From NCBI GenBank assembly GCA_951406725.2, contig OX597832.1, forward strand, positions 33,356,001 to 33,420,000: a stretch of 64,000 nt of DNA. The letters run 5' to 3'. The notes under the pieces were generated by a model. That model was not told the DNA's origin and searched no databases. It saw only the letters and a list, made by a program, of their open reading frames with translations. The translations under genes were made by a program, and so were the position numbers. Shown one piece after another: positions 1 to 14,009 of the stretch. This DNA is from Octopus vulgaris (taxonomy: Eukaryota). The stretch's first letter is position 1, and each line of letters opens with the position of its first letter.

Positions 1-1786
1 GCATATATAATGGCCTAACCCACTTCCTTCCAAGTGTTTGACTTCATAAACCAGGAAGAATTATTCTCTCTCTTGTGTCTCTTGGAATCTTTAGGATTCT
101 TAACTCGTTGTCTTAACTTCGTTGATAGATTCACTTTACGATTTGAATTCAACAAATAAAAACGTAATTTTTAATGACCCTAAGGTCGGTTCGGTTGAGG
201 TGCTGGGGGACATGAAATCAATTAGCACCTTATATTTAAAATTCGTGATCTTCGTCAATTACAAGAAATTGTCTTCTATCTGGTTGCGCTAGGAAATATT
301 CGTAATCATAATTCATGGTCTGATGACCGCGGACGGATCGAGTGCTTTAAAAAAACACCAGCAGATTTGAATTACTGGAACGAGAACTGGTCTTATCGCA
401 ATCATTTAAACTGATTTTCAATCGTGATACGTGAAGATGATAATGTTCTTATTCAAACTTTTCAGAACTTCTAAGAAGAATGTTGTGTCATCTGTCTTCG
501 GCTCTCTGTCAGTCGTTCTTGCCCGTGCATTTACATGTATGCATTGTCTTGAGAAAGATTTTTTATGAAGAATATCAGTTTGCTCTACATAAAAATTTCA
601 CTTCCTCTCCCCCTTCTACACATCTTATCGAAGAAATAGACCTTAGCATCGGTCAACGCAGTTTGACAGCAGTATTACAGTCAGAACACAGAACAGATAC
701 CACAAGGTATCTTCCCCGACACGTTAACATTTATACCAATCCATCCCAAGGGATTTGTTATTTATTTTACCTGACTCGTAAGAATGAAGTGCAAAGCTGA
801 CCTGGAGAGAATTTGAACTCAGTGACCAAATAGTCAGACCATGTACAGCAAGGCATTCTATGCAATGCGTTAATGACTCTGCCACGTTCCTATAATTCTC
901 ATAAAGGTTAAATGAAACGCTACAGATAACGAAATTATGTACCAACTCAATAGATCCCTGTGATTCTGGAAAGATAATAAATATTAGAAATAATTATGTT
1001 AAATCCTCCCGAATTGAGGTACTCAAATGTTTAACGCTTCATTGATAACACCAGAAATACTATTGTCCATAGATTGACTTAAACTTAACATTTATACTAA
1101 ATTATAGTTAAATATATGATGGAGCACAAATTGGTCGATCGCAATAAATCCAGCCTCTCCTTAAAACAAATCACCTTACCATATTGCTGCAACATAATCA
1201 TTCTAATCGATATGGCATTTCATTGCTATTTAACTCTTCAGATCTACCCATATTATTCAAGGAGGCATGATGGTATAGACTTAAGACTGTAGGTTCGCAC
1301 TTTCTTCAATGTATATTAGTGTGCTAAAACCGATCCTTAATAACATATAGCTTTTGTCACAGTTAAACTATAATGCTCTACTTCGACATAATTTAAAGAA
1401 TAAAGTTGGTTGCTTTTAAAGCATTAGATTCCGTTCAGTTACAATTATATAACTCAATAGTCTTCTTCATGTATCTCTTTATACTCCTCCAATTGTGATG
1501 TCGTAACGAGGATTTCAATTACCATTTTGTTTTGGTATTTTTCTGCATTTCGTAAAACTATTATTGGAAATGTAATTATCTCATTATATTGTCACAAACT
1601 TAGAAAGTATGTATTTAGTCAACATTGGTTGTATTTATAACAATTTAATAAAAACGTGAGATCGGTTTGTATTCCAACATGTGAATACCGATATGTACAT
1701 ATACGCACGCTTCGCAGTCTGTTACTCCCTCTCTCTCCCCTCTCTCGATCAATCGATACATACACATTAATAAATAAAAAGTACGG

Positions 1787-1827
<41 letters not shown>

Positions 1828-1828
<1 letters not shown>

Positions 1829-2060
1829 CGTCAGAAAGGAGAAAGGGAAAACTGTGGTTACATTTCAGAAATGTAACAACACGTGGTCGATTGGCGATTT
1901 TCTTTTTTCCTTCTTCTATGAACTTCTCCCTTTCTCCTTTTTGATGTAGAGCCATGCTTGAAACGTTTTTGGAATTATTTGTTCGTTGAATTGATTATTA
2001 ACGAACGCTCACACCGACCGTGCACGTGCTTCCGGCTGTTTTGGAGCACCTGATTCATGT
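1828..2060 (+). mobile_element. (TA)n-adjacent short repeat with decayed hammerhead-like core, probably Penelope-like-element derived (copy 1)
   Basis: Homologous to the reverse complement of 54590-54790. Contains TTGATGTAGAGCCATGCTTGAAAC (1941-1964) and an inverted duplication of its own purine tract (1829-1853 vs 1922-1946). Confidence 0.55.
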
Positions 2061-2135
2061 CTTTCTCACTCTACCATTGAATTACGTTAATTATTTAATC
2101 ATTCAGGGTACGTCATTACTACACATTGGTGTGTG

Positions 2136-3277
2136 TACAAAGGTGGGCAGAGAACTCCATAGGCTGACTATGGAGGAATGATACTAAAGCTGTGAAACCT
2201 TCAACACCTTAATTTCAACTCATCTCATTAATAACTATATTGTTTTTATTTTTCCAGGTAAACTGACATCTGACTGTTGAAATAAGGCTTCAAATATGAA
2301 TATCATCGACTTCTCTTCAAAATGGACATCGTGGTTTTATCGAGTGCCTCTGTAGAAGAAGGCTTTAGCTCTGCCAAGGACATTCATGCTGACATGGTTG
2401 AACATTGACCGTGTTCCCTTCATGGTAACGGATGACAAACGATTGGCTATAAATCAAATAGCCAAAACTATTAACATATCCTTCGAGAAAATTGAGAATA
2501 TTATGCACGATGCAGTTGACATGACGATGGTTTCTTCTCGGTGAGTGCTACGTTTACTGACATTTGATCAAAAGCGCATCTGGCTGACCACATCACGAAA
2601 ACATACGATATTGTGTGAGGCAGATCCAGTTGGTTTCCTTGAATATTTCATAACCCAGAATAACTTTTGGGTTCATCACATTGAACCAGGGACAAAGAAA
2701 TAATCCATTCAAGGGAAACACCTCTCATCACGTGATTCAAGGTAGGCTAAGGTGTGCAGGGAAAAGGATAGCCTTAGTTTTAGGGGATGCCAAAGGCAAT
2801 GTGTTTATTGTATATCTTCAAAAAGGCTATACCATCAATGGAGAGTAGTATGACATATTGCTGAGGCTGTTTCAAAAGGTTATCAAGACCAAAAACCCAG
2901 AAAAACTAACGAATGGTGTCTTGTTTCATCGAGACAATGCTCCAGTATACACGTTCTTGATGCTAATAGCTGCCCTGCATGATTGTAGCTTTGACCTGGT
3001 TCATACCTTCATTTGGTCCCATCTATCATCTGTCCCCCAACACTAAAAGGACATTTTTCTGGTAACCAGTATGGTAGGGACAATGACGTAATAACTTCTG
3101 TTGATGACTTTTTTTACCAAGAGGATTAACATTTCTTTACAAATGGGATCGAAGCACTGCAACACCGATGGAAGCAGTGTGTGACCCGCAGGAGGGACAA
3201 TGTTGAAAAATAAACCTCAGCGCACATTCCACGAGCGCATGATGGTCAACCAATGAAGTTTCCAACTAACGCTCGCA
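2136..3277 (+). mobile_element. Decayed mariner (DD34D-type) DNA transposon, near full length
   Basis: Degenerate TIRs: tacaaaggtgggcagagaactccataggctgac versus revcomp tgcgagcgttagttggaaacttcattggttgac. Transposase remnants ITQNNFWVHHIEPGTK and VLFHRDNAPVY, with many stops and frameshifts. Confidence 0.9.
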
Positions 3278-5328
3278 TGTAAGAATTAAGTATGTATGCT
3301 TACATACACACACACGTACACGCACACATATTCTTATACATGCATATGCATATACGTGTCTATGTGCATGCTTGTATATACACACACAGACAAATATGAA
3401 TGTGTATGTATGTATGTGTATATGTGTTTGTGTATATGTGTATGTACGTGTATTTATGTGTAAATATGTGAGCTAGAGTGATAGAGAATAAATCCGAGAT
3501 ATACAGATGAGTATGGCTGACAAAGGCCAAGCAGTTTCCTATATTGATATGTCCCATACTTCTGCAATGGTTAATCGCTTCCTTGTTTGTATGAATGCCA
3601 TTTGTCACATATTACATGTCTATAGACTCGAAAAAAAAAGAGAGCGCATTCATTGATATTTTGATGATACGTTTAGAAAGATAAATGATTTTATATTTAC
3701 GAATAAGCTGGCTGTTATATAAGTTTATAGATCGGTGCATTGTTTCACAAGCATGATATATGTGTCGTCTTTGTTATGAGAGTGAATTATTACCGGTTGT
3801 CTCGTTCAGACTTTTAATACAAACGCTTCCATACTTTATCCATTTGTGTTCTGTGAGATGAAACATAACTGATATAATATTATATTGGCATGCCGTGAAA
3901 GGAAACATGTCAGTTAATGGCTGATGTATCTTCTGCTAGATTTTATATACTTAGTAGAAAGCTATTTAACTTTACTTACACAAACGGTTCTCTAACATTC
4001 GAATGAGGCAGTATCTACTTTGTGCTTGATCAGCTAAAAATCGCCTCTAATCTCCCTCAAATCATATTACGCCATCTTTCAAATAGATACATATAGACAC
4101 TTACGGTACGTTGACAAAATTTAATCATGGAAGGCTTTCTGCAGCAATAGCATTCACCATAGTTTTGCTGCATGGAGACTGTTCTAACGTTAATCAATTT
4201 TTTCTGTGATGAGCTAATGATAAGTTAGAAATTGTTGGGAAATAAATCTTAGATTATATCCAACGGTTGTTAAAATAAGAAAAACACAATGGATAATGTA
4301 TTCCTAAATAGAATGTTGCAGGAATGTTCCTTAAATTACGAATGTTTCCAGGAGTTTCCTCTATTTTGTGGGTATATATCACAATTGATTTACGTCTGTT
4401 GGCATCGTCATACACAAGCACAGATAAGGATATAGAGAGAGACACACACATACATATATGTAAACATTATACACACACACAGACCTGTGCATTTTTGTAT
4501 GTACATATATTTTCATGTAGATATATTTATATATATACATGTCTGAGTTTAAGAAGAACAAACGTGTACAGTAGTTATTTGTGTTATTTATGGTGTTATT
4601 CTCTTCTCGTGCTCAGTGATTCTACTTAGGTTTCTTAAACTTTGACTCGGCTCTCTATGTTTATGACAATAAGTTACACATAAAGGAGAAACTTTTAGGC
4701 ACAATAAACTCACAATATATTGTTTTAGTGATCATGATGGACACCAGCAATGTTTTCAGCATAAACGTCAGCTTAAGAGTGAGCTACTGTAATTTACACG
4801 CCTATGCTATATTTTTATGTATGATAATTCTCACCTTATGAACGAAATATGAATTTAATAATCATAGTTAGTGGGTAAATTTCGAAGTTGTGATACACTA
4901 CGTTGCCCTAGCTCTTGGACTTGACCAGCGCTACTCTACCGGAAATAGATCAATGGCGTTTTAGCTATTATCGCCGTTTCTGAGATAAATCTTATATATG
5001 ACCGTACAATATAAATATAGTATCGAGTTACCCGATGGAGATACAGAGAGGCCTGCCGAATTGCATGAAGAAATATATAGAATATATTTTACGTCATTTC
5101 CTCTTTCTTAACTTTGCTAGCAGTTTCCTCTTTCTTTGCTGGATCTGAAGGACGTGGTAATGCCCATAGTTCCCCCTCTCTCTCTGTCTCTCTGTCTCTT
5201 TCTCTCTTTCTTTCTCTTTCTCTCTCTCCTACATGGGGGAAATTGATGCCATTAATATCCCTCCCGAAACTTTCTATAAAAACATCTGCGACAAAGGTTT
5301 GGGTATGGATGGAGGTGACAAGACTTAC

Positions 5329-5514
5329 ATTCTCTGGAGAAAGGATGAGGCGTAGTGAATATTGTGAGAGTTTGAACAATGGACATACAACATAGAAAAC
5401 GAGAAGAGAAATCGATCTGGCTGGAATAGACGAATCGAGGGGACATGAGTCGAGCCAGACACGTGGAGCAGAGACATTTATAATTTTAATAGAAAAAGCA
5501 AAGGGAGAAAGCAT
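5329..5514 (-). CDS. Weak candidate alternative first coding exon (62 codons, phase 0)
   Basis: aaaATG at 5514, open for 186 nt to AAT|GTAAGT. No recognisable homology; other frames are possible. Confidence 0.15.
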
Positions 5515-6214
5515 TTTATTTCTAATGAAATGACCCACTTTTTATAATCAAAGGTTTACATCATTGGCGCGCTGAGTTTAAATATTGCCGAAATAGAAAA
5601 CATTGTGACAGCGATGGCTTTCGTCGAATGTTCAGAGTCCGAAGACAAAACTTGCGGCAGCTACAATAAGAAATTGAACCTGAGTTCACGAGATTATCAT
5701 TCAGAATATAAGTTTCTCATCCACGAAGATGTTTATCATGTTTTGTGATTTAATATTAACAAAAGGCTTGCAAATAACAAATAAAGAATTCCTCAATGCT
5801 CTTAGCAAATAAGGCATTAAAGTGGCCATATTAGAACAGAGATGGAATCAGTGGCTTCCTCTGTTAATCGGAATGGCGACATTTAAAAGGTAAAACTCAG
5901 AGATATAAAATGTAAACTGAAAAACTGGAAAGTGATGCTGCAACTTCGGTAATGCAATGGAGCTGATTGCGTCCATTACTAAATGCACAGAAAAAATGTG
6001 GTGAGGCTATCAATAATAAAAACAAACGAAGCGAAGCAAATATCAAGTCTATCTCTAAACTTAAATATGCCAAACATTTTTGCCCATTAACATTAGAGGG
6101 CTTTCGATAATAGCAGAAAGAATGATAATTTCCCAGTGACTTTAGGCGAATTATTGTTATTACTGATATTATTGTTGTTGTTGTTGCTACCGCTGCTACT
6201 GTTCTTTTTGTTAC

Positions 6215-6262
<48 letters not shown>

Positions 6263-6315
6263 GTTTATCATTATTATGTTTATCATTATTATGTTTATTA
6301 TTATTATTATGAACG

Positions 6316-6475
6316 AAGAGTTAGCAGAATTCATAGTACGCCGAACCAAATGCTTGGCAGCCTTTCGTCCGTCCTTACGTTTAGAGTTCACATGTTGACT
6401 TTGACTTTCATTGTTTCGAGGTAACAGTTGAACACAGGTGTTAACAAAATCGACGTAGCCCTCCCCGAAAATGTG
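6316..6475 (+). mobile_element. tRNA-derived SINE family A, decayed
   Basis: Similar to the 35623-35841 copy (gagttagcagaa...gagttcaca...gactttgactttcat). Confidence 0.75.
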
Positions 6476-6689
6476 TAGTTGATGCTGTTCCTGGTTTGTT
6501 TTATACGAGGTGTTCCGATCCCTGCTGAATGTTTAGCTGGTTGTTATTTATGGGTAGCTTTGATATATATATATATATATATATCAAGGAAAGAAAACCA
6601 AATACAGAGAAATAAATTTTGATTGAAATTTTATCATATTATTTGTGAGTTTTAATTATTTACATTAACATTAATATTATATTTGATTT

Positions 6690-6969
6690 GACTCGGATTC
6701 CGATTTATTCCTGTTAGGATTTGTGTGTGTAACAAATTACTACATGTAGCCATATGTATCTACTAACTTTCAATAGTCCTTTGCATTCTTAGAAACATCC
6801 TGATAATCTTTTCTCTCCCTTTGAGTACAAGTTCTGCAGGACATCCTCATCCAAACTCCTTCAAACATTTGTCTGTATCTTTGCTTAAAGTTCCCTGTGC
6901 ACCAATTATTATAGGCGGGATCGTTACAGATATCATATTCCAGAGATTTGCAATTTCAAATTTTAAGGG

Positions 6970-6970
<1 letters not shown>
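6690..6970 (-). mobile_element. 3' fragment of an R4/Dong-type RLE non-LTR retrotransposon
   Basis: Minus-strand translation LKFEIANLWNMISVTIPPIIIGAQGTLSK resembles LEIEVTRMWNLKTETIPIIVGALG at 25 kb. Abuts a (TTA)n tract. Confidence 0.75.
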
Positions 6971-7008
<38 letters not shown>

Positions 7009-7756
7009 ATTATTATTATTTGTTAATGTTGTTGCTGTTAATGCTGTATTTGATATGTTGGTTGTTGTTTGTGTATCAATATTTGTGGAGTTGTCAGAGT
7101 CGTTACACCATCAGAACACGTGATTTTCACTTTTCCTTCTTCTTCTTCTTCTTCTTCTTCTTCTTCTGGTATTTCACATTTTGATATTGAATCCCGCTGA
7201 GGTCAACATTGCATTTCATCCTATCAAAATCGATAAACTCTGAACATTTCTGGCCTTAGAAAACCTTACAATTTATTATTAATATCCTTGTTATTCCAAT
7301 TTTTTTCGCCTTGCCTGAAAACAAAAAATAATAAATAAAATTAAGGCAAGCCGTGTTATTTTCATACTTTCCTTGTATTTGAATATTTTTTCATAAATTT
7401 GATAGGATTTTCAATTTTAATTCGTTTGCAGTTCACTCAAGGACGGCCAGCGTTAAATTTCATTTAATTTTTCTCGCTTATCAAACTAAAGATAAAAAAA
7501 AAGTCTAATAATAAAGCAACATTAAATACAAATACCTCGCTGAAACAGAGTCCAAGTGAGGAGGATGATGCCAATTGCTGAAAAATACCCAAAACTAGGA
7601 GCAAAAACCTGATGGAAGTGAAACGAATATTTCTTTAAAAAATTATCAGTTTTTATCCTTTTCAGTATTATTTAAACTTCTAATAGCCACCCAACCCCAC
7701 ACACATAATATATACACTTCCACATATACATACATACATACACACACACTCAAACA

Positions 7757-7811
<55 letters not shown>

Positions 7812-7814
7812 TGC

Positions 7815-8060
7815 AGCTTCCAATGTGACAGTGTTCCAATACACACCTCTCATGTGGTTAAGGATTGGTATGAATAGCATAGTAGTGAGGTACAACCCAT
7901 GGAGTGCCCGACCCCTCAATCTCCAGATTTTAATATTATTGAGCATCTATGGTACATCTCCACCGTCGTGTCTGGAACAGCAGGAGCAGACTTTGCAGGA
8001 AGAATGGCTCAAGCTTCCTCTTAATGAAATCAGGAAGCTGTATGAATAAATTCATACATT
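7815..8060 (+). mobile_element. Tc1-like transposase fragment (C-terminal DDE region)
   Basis: FQCDSVPIHTS..KDWYE...PQSPDFNIIEHLW and LQEEWLKLPLNEIRKLYE match Tc1 motifs FQxDNAPxH and SPDLNPIEHLW. Confidence 0.85.
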
Positions 8061-8756
8061 GTCGGGAGAACTCCGTCCTTCACCAAGCACCACTAATAAA
8101 CACTTCCACAAACTAGAACAAAGCAATGACTAGACACAAGGCCGTGGTAATATTTGTAGAAACTGCTAGCAAATTTTCAGGATCCCCAGTTTTGGCGCAG
8201 AAATGTACATGGGGATGAAAAAGGGATCTATCTTCGTTATCCTAAAAAGAGGAATCAGTGACGTTGTTCCGTTTTTAGAAACTATTGTCAAACAAGGGTG
8301 GTTTGACCAGGTTGTGTGTGCGACTGTTACACAGAGTTCAGACACGAAAATGTCGGTCGAGTCGCTAGGTGACATATCAGTTCATATACTGATATCGCTA
8401 TTACATACGGTACGAAAATACGAGGCACACAACCAAAAAAAGAAAAGGAAAGTAACAATGATGGACTTTGGTTCCAGGCTATATTTGTGCCTAAATACGG
8501 GTCGTTGGGAAGCTCGCATACTTCGCAGCAAGATACACACTCACAGACAACCATTCATTCGCGCAAGCTTAAATGCAGAGTTGTCGAGGATCTTTCAAAA
8601 TCTATCTGTAGTGAAATTATTTTCTAGTTTCATCTCAATTGTATCAGAACATCAGAAGGTTAGCATCATAACCAGATTATCAACAAGAGATGAAATTTGC
8701 AGTCATAATGTATCCATGCATAACATATTATCAGACCTATTTGCATAAATACTTAC

Positions 8757-8789
8757 CTTCTTACGACGGCGAACCAGGCGGCTTAACAT
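8757..8789 (-). CDS. Candidate first coding exon MLSRLVRRRKK of a minus-strand host gene (phase 0)
   Basis: acaATG at 8789, 11 codons, then a consensus donor AAG|GTAAGTAT, in non-repetitive sequence. A CCAAT motif lies upstream on the minus strand near 9106-9110. Confidence 0.45.
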
Positions 8790-10217
8790 TGTGCATAATG
8801 AACAGAGAGTAGAATACAGTTACAAGGAATCTAATTTGTATAACATTCTTGGCCTAATGACAACGCTTTAACGTTTGCAGTAGTAATTTACTACACGTGT
8901 ACTTCGGGTAATTTGAAATATGAGAGCTCGCAAAACCTGTTTGAGAGGCAAGTAAAGTTTGACCCGTTATGAAAAACTAACAAAGACAACAGAAAAACAA
9001 ATATTGTTATGAAATTTAGCGACCAGTTTTAGTTGAGTAATATTTCATATACAGACTTCTTCGGTCTAAGCCGCTACTCGCACAATGAACCGGTGGTTGT
9101 AATTCATTGGTTGGTGAAAGTCAAAGTAAACTAAAAGCAACACATTTTCTGAGTGTTCTTTGGACGGTTGTGTAGTTTGCATGTGAATCCACACACATCA
9201 CAATGCGAATCAATGTGAAGACACAGGCACATGCAAGCACACACTCTCTAACACTCAGGTACATACGAGCACGTACGGACACACATACATAAACGCATTC
9301 ACATACGTAGAGGCACCCTGCTTTGATTGGAAACCGTGTCAGTTAAATCACGTACAGAATAATGCGCGTCGTTGATGTAATTTTACCACAGGTTAGACCT
9401 AATTGTGTAAAAACACATGAGGAAAGTATTCCTTGCCATGGCCACCCCTTCCTTCCGACTTCATATATATATATATGAAAATAATCCATCGAAAATAAAC
9501 CTCGAGTATCAAAACGCGTTATGTACTTTGTAAAGAAAATTTAGCATTGAACTGCTTTGTCTAGCTTTTCTGCTGATTGCATATAAACACGTTTATTTTC
9601 TAAATTTTTGATCGTAAGTATTTTTTATTTTGTGTTTGGTGTGGATTCAGCTCCCGGTCTCTCCTTATTTTGTCTTCATTAACCTTATAAATATTCATTA
9701 GCATTATAAATATTCATAAAGTGCGTCATTGTTCAAACAAATGGTGATTTGAATCCAGTTTGCTGTAGACCATGTTTATGGAAGAGTCGCATTTGCATAA
9801 AGAGGACATATTTACCAGTTGGAAATCGGAAAATACTTCAGGGTATATGCATCTGTCAATTTAGGATTCTAACTGAGAGGAGAGACTATAAAATGTAATA
9901 AGTGTGTTGAGAAACATGCTTAACAACAACGATTTGTTGTCAGAACTTGTTTGCGTCGATGTTAGGTGAGTAATCCTGGCAAAAAGAAGTGGAATTAGCG
10001 TAGGAACTGTCGTGTTCCTTTTCTTGTTTGTTGAATATATATTACTGCAATTATTCCAGTTGTTTGAATCGAGGAATTGGAAGCTTCGAGGAGGACGTGA
10101 ATAGGTGTATCTTTGGAATATGGAAAGGAAACTGGCGAGAGGAAACTGAAGAACGACAGGAAGACGGAATTAGAATGCAGAATGCAGAATAAGAATTGGA
10201 TGGAAAAAGGTGGAGAG

Positions 10218-10562
10218 AAGAAGAAGAAGAAGAAGAAGAAGAAGAAGAAGAAGAAGAAGAAGAAGAAGAAGAAGAAGAAGAAGAAGAAGAAGAACCACGA
10301 CGGTGGTGGTGGTGGTGGTGGTGGCGGCGGCGGCGGTAGTGGTGGTGGGGGTGGAGGTGTGGGTGGAGGTGGGGGTGGGGGTGACGGGTTGTGGCTTGTG
10401 TTAGCGGTGAGGATGTTGATTGTTGGTGTGGTATTGCTCATGCTGACTATGATGATGATGATGCTGATAACGACAAAAGCAACGACAACGACGACGACGA
10501 TGATTATGATGATGATGACGGCGGTCGTGGTGGAGGTGGTGGTGGTGGTGGTGGTGGTGGTG
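10218..10562. repeat. Compound trinucleotide microsatellite (GAA)n-(GGT/GGC)n-(GAT/GAC)n-(GGT)n
   Basis: Directly visible; accounts for the homopolymeric ORFs across 9995-10789. Confidence 0.95.
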
Positions 10563-11661
10563 GGGAAATCTAAAGACGCAGCTAAGAAGATAAACTGAAG
10601 TGAATCGTAGATGAGATAAGTTGATTTAAAGTTGTTTTTTTCTTTCTTTCTTTGCCTTTTTCTTTCTCTCTTTCTTTCTTTGTCTGTTTCTGTCCTTCTT
10701 TCTTTATCGTTTTCTTTCCTTTTCGTTGCAGCATAGAAAAGTATAGAATTAAGGGAGACTTGTGTCTTTTTAAGCGATGCTACAGACATGATCTTTCTTA
10801 TCTATGCCACTGCATTGATGATTGCTGAATTAAACAGATATCATTATAGATACATAGAGAGAAATCAGAGAAATATAGAAATATATATAAAACGACTGAT
10901 TCTCTGAGACTCTCTTGTCGTTCTTCAGAGAAAAATCACATTCACGAATCCAACAGATGAAAGCAAGTCTCTCACAAATGTTTTTTATATCGAAGAAAGT
11001 GAATAAACGTCACAGAACTTGTAATAAACCAGGTGACTCAAGGCAGATGACGAACGATGCAGTTTGTTCTTCTTTGTATATCTTTGGTAGGCGTCTTTGA
11101 ATTTCTGAATATTATAACTTTTGCATTTAACTAATGGTGGCTGTGTTTAAAACCTCACTGTACAACCACGTGAATCCATGTTCAGTCCTACTGTGAGGCA
11201 CAAATCCAGGCCAGCCGATAAAATGACAATGAATTTGGTAGCCGGCAACGGTGAGGAATTCCGTCGTGTATAAGTGACTGCGTGTGTATGTGTGTGTGTG
11301 TGTGTGTATGTATACCTACATGTGCGTGTGTGCGTGTGTTTGCCTGCGTGAGTGCGTGTGTTGAGTGCGTGTTGGTGTGTGTGTGTGTCCTCCCATTCTT
11401 CATTATTGCTGTTCGTTTCTTTGTTTACGTTACTGTATATCGCAGTGCAGCAACAGAAACGTATAGTAGTACCCGACTCCTCCACGAGTAAGCCCTTGGG
11501 TAGATTTCATCGATTAAGCCCTTCTCCATTGCACAGTAATAATATTTTAGCCTGCACTTGTGCTCACTATCCCACATTCTCAACTCGTCTTCATCCTTCG
11601 TCGTCTTCTTCTTCTCCTTCTTCTTCTTCTTCTTCTTCTTCTTCTTCTTCTTCTTCTTCTT

Positions 11662-11692
<31 letters not shown>

Positions 11693-11854
11693 GGTATCAC
11701 TACAAAGAAATAGGTTTTTGATCAGGGGAAATCTTGGCTTATATGGCCAGTGGTGTGGCATCATTCGTAGGTGAAAACTATGTGAAAAGTATTGTGGCAA
11801 GCGATATACAACAACGTTCAATATTCTTGGTCTGGTATTTACTGTGATACGGTG

Positions 11855-11902
<48 letters not shown>

Positions 11903-13146
11903 GCGCGCATATATATATATATGTATGTATGTATGTATGTGTGTGTGTTTGTGTGTGTAAGTATGCATGTATGTATTATACACACATACACCACATAAAT
12001 ACCTATTAATCTAGTTATGATGCATAAAGATAGCGAGATTAATGAAAAACGTTATCAAAAAATATAACGATATTCTAAATCCTAAACATTTTTCTGAAGA
12101 AATCAAAATATGCCATAGAAATGGAATATTCCTAATATCAGGGAAAGAAAATAATTCAAAACTAAAGAATTTGTATGATTTCTATCTTTCTTGGAGATAA
12201 GCAGATTTTCTCATGATAGTCTCCATACTCAGAAAAAATGTTTTTCAATATTATCCCTAATATTACAATTGGTATAGTTTTTAATGGCAACGAATATCGT
12301 TACAGCGTAAAAGAAAAAATATTGTCTGAACGTGGAAATTATCCATTCGTGTTTTGTTTAAAATGTCAGAAGCATATTTGAGGAATGATGAAAGAAAGAT
12401 GCTGATTTTCATGCCATGTTTTCCAGTATAAAATACACAGAAATGAATTCATATCTGAAAATTAATCCAGGTTAACAATAACGTTTTGTGAATAAATTTA
12501 TTCAATAAAGAATTTTAACACTTTATTCTTACACGTTCTCATAAATCAACATATTCCTTCACTTAAATAAAGAAAATATTAATAGTACAACGATATTAAT
12601 ACAATATGGCGGAAATCTGTAGAATCTGTTTACTTATTCTATTTGAATATAATTTCCGTCTGTATTATGAATGTATGTGTTCAGCGACTAATCTATCGAT
12701 GAGGTGCGCTGAATATAGGCTCCGCCGACATTCAGAGCCTGAAGCCTGCTAAATCTTTATTTTGTAATGGGCTTTATTTCTTTCAATACGAATGAAGTTT
12801 CTCCTCCTTCAATTGCTATAATGCGACAAGCATGTATGTGTATATATATGTGTGTGTGTGTGTCTATATACATATATGTATATATATACATATATATATG
12901 TATATATATATATACATATATATATACATATGCATATATATATATATATACACTCACGCACATTTGTGTGTATGTAAACACACTTTAATATATATACATA
13001 TATACATATATATATAATATATGTGTATATATATATATATATATATGTACATATACATATATATATATACTCACGTACATTTGTGTGTGTGTAAATACAC
13101 ATTAATGTGTATTTCTTTTCATAAGAAATATGCATTATGTAAATAT

Positions 13147-13195
<49 letters not shown>

Positions 13196-13718
13196 TGTAC
13201 ATATACACAGTTCTCCGGTTCTCCGCCTTTCACTTATTTCTTCAGTTTTCTTAAGACACCGCGAAATGCTGAAGGTTCGCATTATTAAAACGTGGAAAAG
13301 CATCTAAAGAGATGCTTGAGGCATCTTTATTATATTCTTGCGTATGAACAGTTCGGCGTTGAACAAATCAATTGTGTAAGAATTGGAGGAAATGTGACCC
13401 GAATTAATATTTCAAAATTAAGTGTATTTTAAAGACGGCAAACGAACCCAAGTGGCATTTATCAGAATCTGTCTCGGGCATATGAAACAGCGGAATTTGT
13501 AGTGTGACTGTCTTCTGCATTTTCAGTTAATTTCTTTCTTTTTTGGTTAGGGTTCAAATTCTGGAAGTACATGTAAAATACATATTGAAATTGCAATTGT
13601 CAGATCATCATAAATACACCATAAATACATACACGTATATACATATATATGTACAACACACACACTCACGCAAGCACACGTTTATATACATACATACGTA
13701 CATACATACATAAATATA

Positions 13719-13755
<37 letters not shown>

Positions 13756-14009
13756 GGTAATAATAACATTAATCCTCGGATGGAATTTAAAAAGATTTAA
13801 TGCATCTCTACGCGCGTTTCCTCAAATCACATGTCTCTTATGATCACAGTCTGTATTCCTTGGATGATTTCAGTGTAGTCAGTAGTATCCATGAGCATCG
13901 AGTAAATCGTCTTCATGCATCCATTTCTTCAGGCGATATAACATTAATGGATGATGACCAGAGGGATGTTTACTCCGTTTGACTAGTGCGTATGGTGGCT
14001 GCTTTACGT

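Noticed and set aside
318-345. CTGATGA followed by a CCG/CGG stem (hammerhead-like)
   Set aside because: No GAAA after stem II.
8203-8748. 181-aa plus-strand ORF
   Set aside because: No recognisable domain; it lies antisense within the predicted intron.
9995-10789. 264-aa and overlapping ORFs with poly-Pro, poly-Phe and poly-Lys
   Set aside because: Translations of compound microsatellites.
11151-11200. Imperfect hairpin as a miRNA candidate
   Set aside because: Short bulged stem and no recognised seed family; it overlaps a candidate micro-exon.
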